Notes: generated by a model from the sequence alone, not told the origin. 64,000 nucleotides of DNA from Octopus sinensis (GCF_006345805.1 NC_043010.1:16616001-16680000), one strand, 5' to 3'. Counted from the first letter of the stretch, positions 1 through 14,790 are shown. Program-made: numbers and translations.

Positions 1-330
1 TGCAATTACAGGTACTGTTCTGCTAACAGGGTCCCAGGTGATGTCCACCAAATTTCATTGAAGGCATTGATCAACTTGACATTACGGTAGGCAACAACTG
101 ACCAAGATGTCCCCACAGTAAAAGCAGAGCCAAGCCAGGGAGTTGTGAAGCAAACCCTCTACACATGACCATACCTGCATCTACACACACACACACACAC
201 ACACAGTGTCCCAAAGTAATGCAGCATTTAAACATATGGTGTATTTGAAAACAAGGTAAACTTTTGGACAGATGTTGTGTGTGTGTGCGTGTGTGTGTGT
301 GTGCGTGTATGTGTGTGTGCATGTGTGTGT

Positions 331-372
<42 letters not shown>

Positions 373-1082
373 GTACACACACACACACACACGCATGCAT
401 ATGTATAAATATAAGACAATAGGTTCAAGATGGTAGGAAACCAGTTGACCGATGTAATGGTGTAGGAGTTGGTGGTGGTCAGAGGGTGTGAGTGGAGAGA
501 GAGAGAGACAAAAAGTTGATTGTGTGCAAGTCAGTCTAATTATGAAGGACATAAATATTTAATGGTTCAGTTAGACAAATTGTATCTTCAACAAAAGAGA
601 CTAACAATAGAGTTAACAACAACAAACACCTGACTAACAACAACAATACTTGACAACAATGACCTGTTCCTTGCCCACCACCACCTCTCTCACACACAAC
701 CGAAGAAATCAATATTGTAAAAACTCATCTCTCTCTACAAGTGTATATATATATATATATATACATACATATATATAAATATGCATGCTTCTAGGCTTTT
801 TGGCTAAGTTCAAAGCATGTGAGGGTATGTGTGTGTGTATATGTAGGTGTGTGTATGTACACACACACACACACACACACATATATATGTATATATATAT
901 ACAGACACATTTTACATCAATATGTACATATATATGTGTGTGAAAGAGCAACTTGTATATATATATATATATATATATATAAGGAGAGAGAGGGAGATGA
1001 AGGTCGAGTTTACACGGTGGTAGAAGAGTTATTAGGTAAAAAGGAGACGGGATAAAATGCACAACTGCGTGGGTGTAAGGTC

Positions 1083-1124
<42 letters not shown>

Positions 1125-1377
1125 TTTCTCTTTCTCTCTTTTACTTGTTTCAGTCATTCGACTGCGGCCATGCTGGAGCACCACCTTTAGTCAAGCAAAC
1201 CCCAGGACTTATTCTTTGTAAACCTAGTACTTATTCTATCGGTCTCTTTTGCTGAACCACTAAGTTATGGGGTTGTAAACACACCACCATCGGTTGTCAA
1301 GCGATGTTGGGGACAAACATATACACACACACACACATATATACACATACATATATACGACAGGATTCTTTCAGTTT

Positions 1378-1790
1378 CTTATTTCTTTATTGCCACAAGG
1401 GGCTAAACATAGAGGAGACAAACAAGGATGGACAAACGGATTAAGTCAATTGCATTGACCCCAGTACATAACTAGTACTTAATTTATCGACCCTGAAAGG
1501 ATGAAAGGCAAAGTCGACCTCGGCGGAATTTGAACTCAGAATGTAACGGCAGACGGAATACTTATTTCTTTACTACCCACAAGGGGCTAAACACAGAGAG
1601 GACAAACAAGGACAGACAAATGGATTAAGTCGATTATATCGACCCCAGTGTGTAACTGGTACTTATTTAATCGACCCTGAAAGGATGAAAGGCAAAGTCG
1701 ACCTTGGCGGAATTTGAACTCAGAATGTAACAGCAGACGAAATAGCGCTAAGCATTTCGCTAACGTGCTAACGATTCTGCCAGCTCGCCA
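1378..1790 (-). mobile_element. Head-to-tail dimer of an abundant tRNA-derived SINE with a MetaSINE/MESC-like core (one copy 5'-truncated)
   Basis: Two consecutive copies of ...gtcgactttgcctttcatcctttcggggtcgat...gtaccagtta...; the same family occurs at 14791-15022, 20410-20550, 21540-21665, 31952-32180, 50900-51065 and 52150-52290. Confidence 0.75.
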
Positions 1791-1794
1791 CCTT

Positions 1795-1947
1795 CTTTCA
1801 GTTTCTGTCTACCAAATTCACTCACAAGGCTTTGGTCGGCCTGAGGCTATAGCACAAGACACTTGTCCAAGGTGCCACGCAGTGGGAATGAACCTGGAAC
1901 CATGTGGTTGGTAAGCAAGCTACTTACCACAAAGCCACTCATGCGCC
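1795..1947 (-). mobile_element. tRNA-derived SINE head family
   Basis: ggctttgtggtaagtagcttgcttaccaaccacatggttccaggttcattcccac...; related copies near 12170-12310, 14480-14640, 15770-15900, 16215-16345 and 21950-22100. Confidence 0.65.
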
Positions 1948-1964
1948 TATATATATATATGCAT

Positions 1965-1998
<34 letters not shown>

Positions 1999-2669
1999 TA
2001 CATATACATACACATAAACACTCTCGCTTTCTCACCTAAATACTCTTTCACTCAGTGCTCATCCTTCTTTTGTACATGTTATATAATAATATTTAGTTTA
2101 AATTCTAAATGTTAATATATAAGTTGTTATTACGACTATGTTCTTGGTGTTAGCTTTAGTCATATAACCCCAATTTCTCTGTAATATGTCTGTGCATTAG
2201 CAACAGAACAGCTGATGTTGCTGGTGGTGGTGGTGGTGGTTGTTCAGTAATCAGGACACTATTTGAGATTTCCCTGTGATATGTGACCTGGCACCACTTA
2301 ATATTTATGTAGACCCTTATGTTGGCCAGCGAGGATAACAGGTTCTCCTTGGTATAATTATTACTATTGTCATTCAGATTCTTATGCATGTAACGTTTGA
2401 ACCAAGTGCAAGAGTTTGCACTCCGTAATATGTCCTAGATGGGTGCTACATGTATATGTATATGTATGCATGCACACATACACACACACATGCACGCCCC
2501 CCCCCACATTTTGCACCAATAAAGAAATTGTGGATATATACTTGTAAACATACACAATATATATCAATAATGTAAGAGCTGTAAAATATATGGAAAGTAT
2601 GCTTTGTTCAAACATTCTGATATGAAATTCAATAGTTGAGTGGGGAGGGTTAGAAATGTTAGTTATATG

Positions 2670-2754
2670 AAAAGTTGACAGTCCAGTCAGAGTTCGATTG
2701 TGGACTGGGCTGCTCTTGATTGTCACGAACAGTCCAACCTGACTGTCAACTTTT
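2670..2754. repeat. 85-bp element with perfect 14-bp terminal inverted repeats
   Basis: aaaagttgacagtc / gactgtcaactttt, plus an internal tggactg / cagtcca pair. Confidence 0.7.
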
Positions 2755-3691
2755 GATGCTATAAACGTGTGTCACCATCATCATCATCGTTTAATGTTCA
2801 TCTTCCTTGCTTGCATGGCTTAAATGATTTGAGTAGATCTGGCAAGCCAGACGGCAGTGTCCTGCTCCAGTGCCTACTTTGGCATGGTTTCTATGGCTGG
2901 ATACCCTTTCTAACACCAACCACTTTGCAGAGTGTTCTGGATGCTTTTGCATGGAACCTTTATTTGTTTGACTGCTCCATTGTTGAACGGGAAAGGAGAC
3001 AGTTTCTAAATAAAGTCAATTGTCACTGGACAATGAAAACAGTCACTTTGTGGTTCTTACTGGCAAACGAGAGACAACTTTTGGCTTCCTATTTACTTTT
3101 CATTGGAATCAAATTTCAGCTAAAATTCATGGAATGCTATTATCAGCCAATGTTATTCTATAAGTCTTTGATTTGTAAAAGTTTTGTCATTTCTTGCAAG
3201 TTGAACACATGTTTTTGCAATGGCAAAGCAACAGTTAGCCAGAGACCATGACCAGAACATAAAAAAAAAGCACACTTCCTTAAGACTTAAACAAAAGAAG
3301 CACTCCATCACAGAATTTGTAGTGAGAACTGTAGAGTGCCACAGCTGGCTTCAGGTATAGATATTTTTATGTTTATGATAGTTATGGCCATACCATTGTT
3401 CATGATCCTGGTACTTAGTATCTGTGTATAGAAAATAAAGTCGGAAATCTTAAACTCTAATATTTTATAAATCTATTGAGGCAGATTGAGAATCTGTCAA
3501 AAAATTGAGACAAACGCCTCCATACAAACATACCTATAGCATCACTGTCAACACCCTCATTCAACATTCCCCTTCCCATGCTGGCTTTCATCACTGGAAG
3601 TCCTGCTCAACGCCAACAACTTTACAGAGTGTATTGAGTGTTCTTTATGTGGCACTAGTGAGCTCATTAAAATATATATATATATATATAA

Positions 3692-4165
3692 CGCGGAGTG
3701 GTTGGCGTTAGGAAGGGCATCCAGCTGTAGAAACACTGCCAGATCAGACTGGAGCCTGGTGCAGCCCTGGTTTCCCAGACTCCGGTCGAACCGTCCAACC
3801 CGTGCTAGTGCGGAAAACGGACGTTAAACGATGATGATGATGATGATGATGATATATATATGTAAAAGGGCACCATTTGAGCGTGATCGTTACCAACATC
3901 GCCTTACTGGCACCTGTGCCGGTGGCATATGTAAAAAGATTTGAGTGAGGTCATTGCCAGTACCGCCTGATTGGCCTCATGCTGGTGGCATGTAAAAAGC
4001 ACCCACTACACTCTCGGAGTGGTTGGCATTAGGAAGGGCATCCAGCTGTAGAAACTCTGCCAGATCAAGATTGGAGTCTGGTGCAGCGATCTGGTTCGCC
4101 AGCCCTCAGTCAAAATCATCCAACCCATGCTAGCATGGAAGGTGGATGTTAAACGATGATGATGA

Positions 4166-4168
<3 letters not shown>
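3692..4168 (+). mobile_element. Two copies of a SINE/LINE-tail family ending aaacgatgatgatg (RTE-like 3' end)
   Basis: Shared gtggttggc(g/a)ttaggaagggcatccagctgtagaaac...gttaaacgatgatg. Other copies at about 2765-2950 (-), 9130-9335, 46410-46575, 47870-48080 (-), 55690-55950 and 62330-62815. Confidence 0.75.
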
Positions 4169-4207
<39 letters not shown>

Positions 4208-4596
4208 AATTGGTCACATCATTTATGTAGGTCATTTATCATGATCATTTAACATTTATTTTCCATGATGGCATGGGTTGGACAAATGTATACACACACA
4301 TTTTTGTCCCTGGTTGATAATATATGCTTACTTTTTGTGTTGTTGGTTTTGAAAGTTACATATTATCTTACGAGTGGTGTGAACCTGTTATATAACATGT
4401 ACATATTTGGTTTTTTCTTTGCTGCTATGTCTTGTAATTCCAAAACAGTGTTTGTGGTTTTGACACAGTTTACATCATTGATATGAATGGTACAGTTTGT
4501 GTCAAAACTACAATGATTTTCAATACAACAGCTGATGATGGGATTTTTAGGTTTATTTAAATGATATACACACACATTTATACATACATATATCAT

Positions 4597-4955
4597 AAAA
4601 CAAGTCTTGTCACCCCCAACCGGAAAGTGCTAAGAACAATAGAGGAACAATATAACAACATCAAACACATGTCCTGGTTTTAGTACTTTGTCATTGACAC
4701 TGACACTACCACACATCGAGAAGGTTTATATGAACACCAACAGCTTTGTAAAATATCACACAGGACATGGCATCACATCATTTTCTGCCATGAAAATTAT
4801 GGTGTTCATATAAACCTTCTCGATCTGTGACAGTGTGAGCATAAATGAAAGTGAAAGTACTAAAACCAGGACATGTGTTTGAATATTATTATATTGTTCC
4901 TCTGTTGTTCTTAGTACTTTTTGGTTGGGGGTGACAAGAGTTTTGGACCACCCTA
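4597..4955. mobile_element. Fold-back MITE with long (~140 bp) imperfect TIRs and a Tc1-like right terminus
   Basis: tcttgtcacccccaacc...gtcctggttttagtacttt is mirrored at 4855-4945, and atcgagaaggtttatatgaacacca is mirrored at about 4800-4824. The right end reads ttttggaccaccctata. Confidence 0.75.
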
Positions 4956-7900
4956 TAGGTTATGGCATATAACTGCTCCATTGAATATTGCCACCAGACA
5001 ATATTGACGTCTTTTCAGATATGCAGGCCAATGATAAAAAATATATTCCTGTGATATTATACTGAGCATGGTTTTGCTTTTTGAATTATGGTCAGCTAAT
5101 TAACATTGTGTGTGTACATATATACATATACATATATACAGAGAGAGTAAGATCAGTAAATATGTATGTATGCATAATTATACCATTATTACGTAATACA
5201 AATTATAAGGAAAATATATAATTAAAACAAAAGTTTATAACAAACACACACACACATATATATATATATGCATGCCTATACATACATACAAATGAAAGAT
5301 GAGAGAAAAGAAAACACATACATTTACAATAATATATGTGCATACAGAAACACACACATCATATGGGTAGGTCATATCTATACAAGTACATCATATGTAC
5401 CGTGTGTGTATTTATACATCCAGCCATCCATACAAATGCACAGATATATTGAGACACATACAATAATATATATCTCTTTAACTAAAAAGAAGACAATGAA
5501 TAAATAAATTACTTGTGAATGTATAAAAAGAAAAAAAACTAGCATTTTCATACATATACACATCAATTCATATAAATGCACACATAGATATGCTCATAAA
5601 TTTATGTAAATACATACATATGCACACACACACGCACATCAATGAATTTAAATGTACACATGCATAAATTCATAAGTATACAACAAAAACATAGTGTATG
5701 TATATATATATAAATATATATATATATATAATATGTATTTGTCCAATTCTGGCTCAGCAAAGCCATTTTAATTGAAGACTCTACAACACTGAGACCGGCA
5801 GATATGTTGACAACACAGGAGGCTACAGTTTAACAAGAATAACTATTACATTCATAATGATAATAATAATAATAACAATAATAATGTAGCATCATAGCAA
5901 TTAACAATATTACATTGAAATATTTCAGTCGAACAATATTTAGGCTGGTATCCCAGGAATGCGATATTTAGCCATCACAATCACATCACTATCACACAAC
6001 TACAGCCAGCACAATCAATCACATAGCTACAGCAAGAGACACTATTACAATGATATATATATATATTTATACATATATATATATGTTGAATAGGTGCTGG
6101 GCTGGGATACCAAAGGGTTGATATTTAGTGAGGCAATATCGGGCTGAAAATAATGTGAAACAACAGCAAGACACCAATGAAAGCAGCTTAGAGGGAGGTG
6201 GAAATGATACGAGACTGAAGCTGGAGGTATGGTACAATAAAGAAAAGGTTTGAGATGAGCAACAGAAGCTGGAAGTATGCAACTGTGTGATAGATGGGCA
6301 TTGTTAGTGAAACAATAGCCAGATGGTGATATAATAGATGTTTAAAGATGCTGGATGAATGAACTGATAAACAAAAGATGATAGGATGAACTGTTAAACA
6401 CAAACTGAAGTAATTGAACAGTAAAAAGAAGCTGAAATAGGATGGAAGTGTTAAGTAGTCATTGAGACCCTAAGGGTTGCTCGGAGACTGATGTAGGGAG
6501 TAGATGGCGTAGATGGCACTATAATTAAAGCCAGAACACAATTGTTAACAGATACTGGAGAAATGACATTGTAAACAGAAGATGACTGAAAGAGACTATA
6601 AACAAAAGCTGATTGGAAGGAATTGATTTAAACTGAAGTTGAAGCTGTCAAGTCATTTATACAAGCAAGGACAGTAAAATCTGGTTGACACGAGCAATAG
6701 ATATTTATATGACAGTGTTACAGAACTGGAGACCTTGAGGACATGAGCAGCAGCAGCAGCAGCAGCAGATCCGATACTATGACAGAACAAAAAAAAAAAA
6801 AGACACTATTATGCAAGACCAGTTGAAAGGCTGAAAACTGAACACAGTTATAGGATTGGAGGAAACCTGATCATGTGACCTCAGCAGGACATTTGATGTT
6901 ATTACTCCAGGTTAAAGAATATTGTTTTGGGTGAAGCTTTTCGGGTTGGTTTTGTAATTTCTTTGATATATTTTACTTATTTTATTCCAATGTGTCAAAC
7001 AGAAATGGGTGTCAACATCAATCAATAAATTATCAAAGTTATTCACTTCCCCCGAGAAAAGAATGGGATATTCCACTAGTCACACATGTATGTGAATAAC
7101 ATTTACATAGCCTTAACTACCCACAAAACAGGGATTTGAACTCCACCACAAACAAAGAGATACTTATGAATTATTTATACCTAGGTGGACTGTGCCTCTG
7201 CAATGATTTCTCTTCACCATTAAAGCTACCCCAACCACACCACTACAACTATAGCCCCCATAATCACTACAAGCACACTAATAATAGTCATACTACTTCA
7301 ACCACAACACTCAACTGCAACCACAACCATAACCACTTCTACAGTCACACAACTACAATCACCACAGCACAAGGTAGCTTCAGTGAGGGGAGAGGAAGTC
7401 ACAGTAATTTCGTTAATAAAAGAATCCTTTAACTATTGGTCGTTTACTACCATCCTTCAATTAATTTGTAGACAGGAAATTAATTAGTGACCACCGTAAT
7501 ATAGAAGTGAATGAGAGATTAGATGACCAGCTCATACATAGTCTTTTAGCCCCAGGCCAACTCTGATCATGTAAAATTATGATCAGACATTTCAGCCATG
7601 ACTATCACTCTTAGGAGGATGTAGGACAACGCAAGTTATGCATTCAGTAGGATATGAGTGGAGGGAGATTAGGCTGCTATTTCTACCAGATTGGTTGATT
7701 TCATAGAGGCTTGCTTGGTGGTATTGCTGGTGGAATGGGTTTCAAATTTCCTGAAAATATGTGATTGTTTGTCTTGGCAGATTAATTCTTCAGATCTGAG
7801 TTTTGCAAACTGTAAGAGAACAGGTAGGTATGAAATCCTCTGAGAGTAAATGTTGTTCATGAATGACTAGCTTCTTATCCAGTGGGGAGACAGATTTCTG

Positions 7901-9628
7901 TGACATTTAATGCATTAGTTTCTAAAAATTATCCCTAGTTGGAAAAAATTGAAGTAACTAACCCCTATAGGTATAACTAACAACAATGACTTTGTCATTG
8001 TTAATTACAGGTAATCATTAATCACAGGTGGAATAAATGATGGTCATGGATTACTTTAAAGATATTCTAGGAATAAGTGAAATAACTAATGCTGGGATTT
8101 AATCCTGTATTAAACACTTTGTTTACTGGTAGCTTATCTGGGATTTTAGCATTCTTGCTAATAAATTCTAATCTCAAAGAGTCTTGTCTACCCAGGAGTC
8201 TAATCAAGAGAAATTATGAAGACTAATATCCACCCCACCCACGCACCTCCAAAATTTTCATTTTACCATTTTGTTTGATTCCAGAAATATCAGGAGTAAG
8301 ATTTTAATTAGCATTTTTTGGAAGTCTATTGACTGGAGTTCTGCAAAAACCTCCTACTGGGTCTGTTACCTCTGGTGTTTGGGGTGGGGATGAGTTGTGT
8401 CAGCACAGGTCCTTCTTGATACTCACCATTATGGAATTGGTCAGTCTTCTCTCTTTAATTCATGGGAATCATAAAATGGAAATAAAATGTTTGTGATGAA
8501 CATTGTTAATGGTTGGCATACACACACACACACACACACACATGCACACACACACACGCACACACACACACACACACACATGCACACTGGTTTTAGAATT
8601 AGAAAAGGTAGAAAAATCCTGCTAGGTTTCTCTTCTTTTTTCAAAAATTTAAAGAGTTTCTTTCATAATGAGCTATTTAAAGACCCATTAATATTGATTT
8701 GCCTTTGTTGTTAATGAGAAAGAGGAACAGAACTCTGAACTGGCTGGGATGCCAAGTCAACTCTGCTAAACTGGGACAATCCAGGTCAGACAAGTGCATA
8801 TGATAGCCCCTCATATAGATATATATATTTATACATACACTTCATACCCATGGCTTGCAGGGAAACTCTGAGTGCTATATTTGAATGCACCATATATGAA
8901 TAATATATCAAATAGGTTCTTCTAGGTCAATGCTATTGAGGTCTTCTTCTTTCGTTGTTCCACATTCTGTCTCTCTTATTCCCCTTATACCTCTTGACTC
9001 ACATCTCTCTCTCTCTGGATGGGAAAGCCATGTATTCACCTCTTCAGCAAAACACCTGCTCCTGAACCTCTAAGTTTCTGATCTCTCCAGTCTACACCCT
9101 ACACAGTTGAGAGGTCTTGTCTTGTGGGTACTTGGGGTCCTCATCAGGGCTGGTGCCATGTAAAAAGAACCCAGTCCACATTCTGTGAAGTGGTTGTCAT
9201 TAGGAAGGGCATCCAGCTGTAGAAACCCTGCCAAAACAGACATTGGAACTTGGCGAAACTCTCAGGTTCATCAGTTCATGTGAAATTGTTCAACCCATGC
9301 CAACATGGAAAAAAACTATAAAGGATGATGATGATATATGCATGAGATGACTAAATATCTCAACAAATGTCAGAAAGCAGTCCTGGAGAAAACCCATTCA
9401 ACACATGTGGGTGTGGAAACATGGACATAAAGTGGATGGTGATGATATGAAGTGCATTCCAGAAGTTTTGATAATTTTTCGGGAGAGGCAGTTATCACTG
9501 TCTTACATTATTGCAATTTTAGTATATTATTATTATTATTATTATTATATATCTAATAAGCTGACCTGCCACCTTTTGTTATTCTAAATTGAAAGGGACA
9601 GCTGCAACCACGCTTTGATCCCACCCTA

Positions 9629-10262
9629 CAAAACACTGCTTATCACAGCTGACAAGTTTGCAGAGTACAGTGAGGACGCGAAAACAGTATGGAAGCTCAC
9701 TATGCCATAAATGGGGGAAAAAAGCGAGAGATTTACAAAATTCTCCAATTTGCTTATGGATTAATTTGTTTTTTCAGTGACACATGAGGCCAGGCAAAGC
9801 ATGAGGAAACCCTTCTTCAACAGCTAGGGCATCATCTATATCTACAGGGTTCCTTCTGACCAGATGGTCAATAGAGAATACTTTGTAGAGGTTTTGAAGA
9901 AGTTTGGGAAGAGATTTCATCACAAAAGGCCATGGCCCCTGCACCAGTACACAATTCCATACTGACAATCAACAACTTGACAGAGGTGGGCATGAAAACT
10001 GTCCCTAACCCTCCTGCCTACAGTCCAGACATTGTTCCCTGTGACTTTTGGTTGTTCCCAAAGCTGAAGGAGAAGGTGGAAAAGGCTGTGGCAAGGGTCC
10101 TGGAACCCTGCACTTTGGAAGACTTCCATGGCACCCTTCAAGAAATGGTTGGAACACTACAATGAGGAGTGCATTGAGTTCGGAGGATCTTACTTTAAAG
10201 GAGGTTTGAAATTAATGTCTCTCTTGAAAACATCTCAAAACTTCAGGAATCTACCTTGTAAG
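9629..10262 (+). mobile_element. Internally deleted mariner fragment
   Basis: Fragments APVHNSIL...PAYSPDIVPCDFWLFPKLKEK and KWLEHYNEECIEFGGSYF. An N-terminal MEAHYAI-like remnant lies near 9690. Boundaries approximate. Confidence 0.8.
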
Positions 10263-11020
10263 ATATGCACACAAATAAGCATGTGTGTTTACACACACAC
10301 ATACACACATACACGCACACACACACTTATGTAGAATTGATGTCAATATTAGTTTTCCTATAAGTTCATTTACGTTTCTGTAATTATTATATTTTTTCTT
10401 GTTTATTTTTCATGTGAGATTATTTCGGAAAACAAAATGAATAGCTTTTATAGAATCATGATAGTCGTTTGTTTGTCATGGTTTTCCCTTTGTTCTTGTA
10501 GCTATTATTATTGTTGTTGTTGCTGCTACATGTTTTTCTATTTAATTGATTGAAAGCTGTGATGCAGAACAAATCTATCACCTTTCTTTTAGACACACAC
10601 ACACACACACACGCACGCACACACACACAGATGAAAATTTCTTTGTGATAGTAATGGAAGCAAACAGGATATTGAAAGCTTAGAACTTGGTAGAAAGCTA
10701 GTTTAATAAATTTGCATACGGATAGGTACATACACATGTATCTATATGCATATAGATGTATGACTGTGTATAAATGTATAAGTGTATACATATGCATGTG
10801 GCAGAATATTTAACTTCACTTCTTATCTTCCTGCCTACCCACCTTCCTACTTACCTACCCATCCATCCATCTATCTATAATAGTCATAGGAGTTTGAAGA
10901 ACAATTTTCACATTAAGTGCTCCACCAATTGCAGGCCTAACAAGAATAACTGGTTGAAGTTAGGGTAAACCTTGGCGTCATTCTGAAAATCCATGAGATA
11001 CACTGGTGCAGAGAATCTAT

Positions 11021-11297
11021 ATAAATAGAACAGATGAGAGAAGAGAGGTGAGAGAATAGATGTTTATTGTTTACAGCTGTTTCATATTCTTGTTAGTTGT
11101 ATAATTGATGTTACATCAACATTAACATGCATATAAAGTGTACGTACACACACAAACACACAAATATGTATATGTACACTTTATATGCATTTTGATGTAA
11201 TATCTATCATATAACAAGATTATAAAACAACTGTAAATGAATGTAATAAACATCTACTCTCACGTCACTTCTCTTATCTCTTCTGTTCTATTCATAT
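11021..11297. repeat. Imperfect inverted repeat (~123-bp arms) around a CA-rich loop
   Basis: 11021-11143 mirrors 11174-11297 (for example tgcatataaagtgtac / gtacactttatatgca and tagatgtttatt / aataaacatcta). Confidence 0.7.
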
Positions 11298-11649
11298 GTG
11301 AGTGTGTGTGTGTGTGTGTGTGTGTGCGTATGTGAAGTATATTTGCCATCTAAATATGGCTAACCACTAAGGGTGGATGTTACTGTAGCTTGTAGCCCCA
11401 GGAGAACATCTTCTCCAGCTGGCTATTGACACACTTTCTGTGCCCTATCGGTATTTGCAAAGGAAGCCACCCTTCCCATCGTCAACCTATGTGATACGCA
11501 CGGACCAGGGTTTCTGGGTATATACCTCGTTCAGAGATTTATATATATATATATATATTGGCCTGCTTGCATCATTTGAAGGCTAAAACAATGTGAAGCG
11601 CATCATGACCAGCGATGTGTAGCAACATCTGATAGCCTGGTCGGTCACG

Positions 11650-11684
<35 letters not shown>

Positions 11685-12427
11685 AGGATTATATGGTGAT
11701 ACTTGAAGCTCTCGTTTGATGTTCTTTACAGTTGACCATAAATGCCAACAAGTCAAACGTAATTCTAAACTTGTTGATCACATGAAGCCTTTAGATATGA
11801 AAACAGATTCTTGTTTGCCTATGTACAATTATAAAAGTTTTCACATTTCTAACATTAAGCTTGATTTCGTTTTGGACAAATAAAGAAAAACGAAAAAAAT
11901 ATCAGTAACTAGAGACACATCCACGTACATCATCGTTTCATCCTCAAAGCTTTAATGTCCATTTTTCCATGCTTGCATGGGTCAGACAGAATTTGTGGAG
12001 GCAGATTTTCTACGGCTGGATGCCTTTCCTGTTGTCAACCCTCACCTGTTTCTAAGCAAAGTATTAATATTCACAAAAGATAAGAAATGAAAGACACAAC
12101 TTGTATGACAGTGAAACTCATTTTACAACAATCACACAGTCAAGTGAAGAAGAGACAAACAACCAAACACACATTTGACGGGTTTCTTTCAGTTTTTGTC
12201 CACTAAATCCCCTCACAAGGCACTTGGTCCAGGGCTATAGTAGAAGACACTTGCTCAAGGTACCATGTAGTTGGAAAACAAACTTCTTAACCACACAGTC
12301 ATACCTCAATAATATGTATTCAGCCAACCTGTGCTAGCATGAAAAACTGGATGTGAAATGAATGAATATATCATCATCAGTTAATGTCCATCTTTCTAGC
12401 TGGTATGGGTTGGATCATGTGTGAGTA

Positions 12428-12466
<39 letters not shown>

Positions 12467-13707
12467 TTATATATTAATAGCAAAAAAAAGAAAATTTTTT
12501 GAGAAATTTATCATAGATCAAAGAAAGGAAGTATCTACATTTCCAACAAAATATGCTACAGGTTTCAATTGCTTAAAAATAACAATCTAGTCATGGTAAA
12601 ATAAAAGGAAAAATTTATTAAAATAAATTGAATTAATTTTTCATGATATTGGTTCTGGAATTCACATTTTTCTTTCTCTATGATGCAGAAACAATCAGAA
12701 GGAAACAAAATTTTAGCACCACAAGTGATTTTTGTAAGAAAATTCCGTCAACTTCCAGAACTGATTTCATGAAAGAGTAATTTGATTTAGATTTTATTTA
12801 TTTTTTCCTTTTATTTCATTATGACTAAATTGCCTTTTTAAGCAATTAAAACCAGTCATGTATTTAGGTAAAAATACAAATACTGTCATTTTTCCATGAT
12901 AAACTTCTCAAACCAGTTTCTTCTTCTTGTGTTTCAAATATAAATTTACTCATGAGGAATCTCTCAACCTTTTCAGTAATATATACACACAACAGATAGA
13001 GAGAAAGTAAGAGAGAGAAAGAGAGAGAGAGAAAGAGAGAGAGAGTGTGTGTGTGCAAGCTAATATTGACTTTCAGATACATGTCATGTTTGCTGTTCTC
13101 TTTAGGGTCCACAAATTAAACACACATTCACGCATATTTATTTAAAAGTGACTTAACTTGCTGTTGTAACGCATATTTTAGAGAACGCAGGAATTAATTC
13201 TAACTCCCATTCTTTTGATGTATGTTAGCTTACAACTCTGCCCTCTTTGTTATGAAGCCTACACCATTTCCTGTTACACTTTTTAATATTTTACTCAATA
13301 GAAAGCACATTGTTTACTTTATTCTACCTGACAAAGCCAAAACACTTGCACTTTAAAGAGTGTTTGTCTGCCAATAGGACCAAATCTACTACAATTTCAT
13401 ATTTCCACCCAGATAATTCTATCTCAAATTTAGATCTGTTAAACACGTAAATTCCTCCCCATCAACAGAGCTATTTAATTTTTTCATATTTCTCTAAGGA
13501 AAATATAAACTAACCACATCTCTTGTTATTGTTAACATCATCATCATCATTTAACGTCTGTGTTCCATGATAACATGGGTGGGACAAAACCACAAGAGCC
13601 AGCCATTATATAAAGCCTTGTTAGTGAATTTGTTAGATGGAAACTGATTAAAGAAACCCTATCTATCATACACACAAACATTTTACATATATCTATATAT
13701 AAAATAT

Positions 13708-13743
<36 letters not shown>

Positions 13744-14790
13744 GTAACAATGATAGAAAGAAATTTGATAGAATTAATGGAGGTACCTTTTCTTTATACA
13801 CTGATATAAAAAAATCTTTGAATTCTACTAAGGAAACGAGATGGAAACTGCTTAAGTTTTTTTTTATCTTGTTTGTTTTGTTGTTTGTCCTGTCTTTATA
13901 TATGAGTACGTATTTGTGTGTTTGTTTGCAGTTGTACTTGACAAAAGTCATTCACTCTGAGCAGTGTTGTTATCATGTCTCCTGTTAATTGTTCACTCAC
14001 TTCATGTTCAATAAGAGATCCCTTATTTGAAAAACAGGTAAGGACTAGGGACAGGAAAGGTATTTGGCTGTTAGACATTGTCTCAATAATAGGTACTCAT
14101 TTAACACGTGCTAGCATGGAAAAACAGATGTAAAATGAAGGAATGAAAATATAAATACACACATATATAAAATGTAATACTGTACTATTTTGGTATATAA
14201 ATGTATTGTTACAGCATGTTAAATATTACAAAAACAGTGCAATGTAAATGTTTGTTCATGCTAGCATTATCAAGGCTTTGTTTTACAGCTGGATGCCTTT
14301 CCTGTTGCTAACCCTTACCTGTTTTCCAAGTAAGGCATCTGTTATTTCACATCTTCAAAGGCACAAAGCAAATGAGTGTTTGTTGACAGAAGGAATGACA
14401 GTAACAACATCATGCATAGCGACTTTTGACCACCGATATAAGCAGACATATGCATACTTCTGCACATTTGTATGCGTGTACATACAAAACAGGCTTCATT
14501 TAGTTTCCATCTACCAAATTTGCTTAAGGCCTTGGTCAGTTTAGACCCATTGTAGAAAACATATGCCCAGTGCTGCACAGTTGGACCAAATCCCAAACTA
14601 CGTAAGTGGGAACTGAAATTCTTGACGATGCAGCTTTGTGGTTATATGTTTAAAGTTGAAAACAACTTAACATGGAATAGATTTTTTTTTTTAATTTAAA
14701 TGGAAGAAAAAAATTATAGCCAACCAAAAGGAAAGAAAAAGCAACTAAACAATCGAACTGTGTACTTCTAAATTCTCTTCTAGATATATG

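Noticed and set aside
71-1062. ORFs rich in CV/HT/YI repeats here and throughout (8441-8714, 17891-18208, 25900-26381, 34551-35022, 42375-42580, 61129-61522 and others)
   Set aside because: They are translations of (CA)/(TG)/(TA) microsatellites, which lack stops in some frames.
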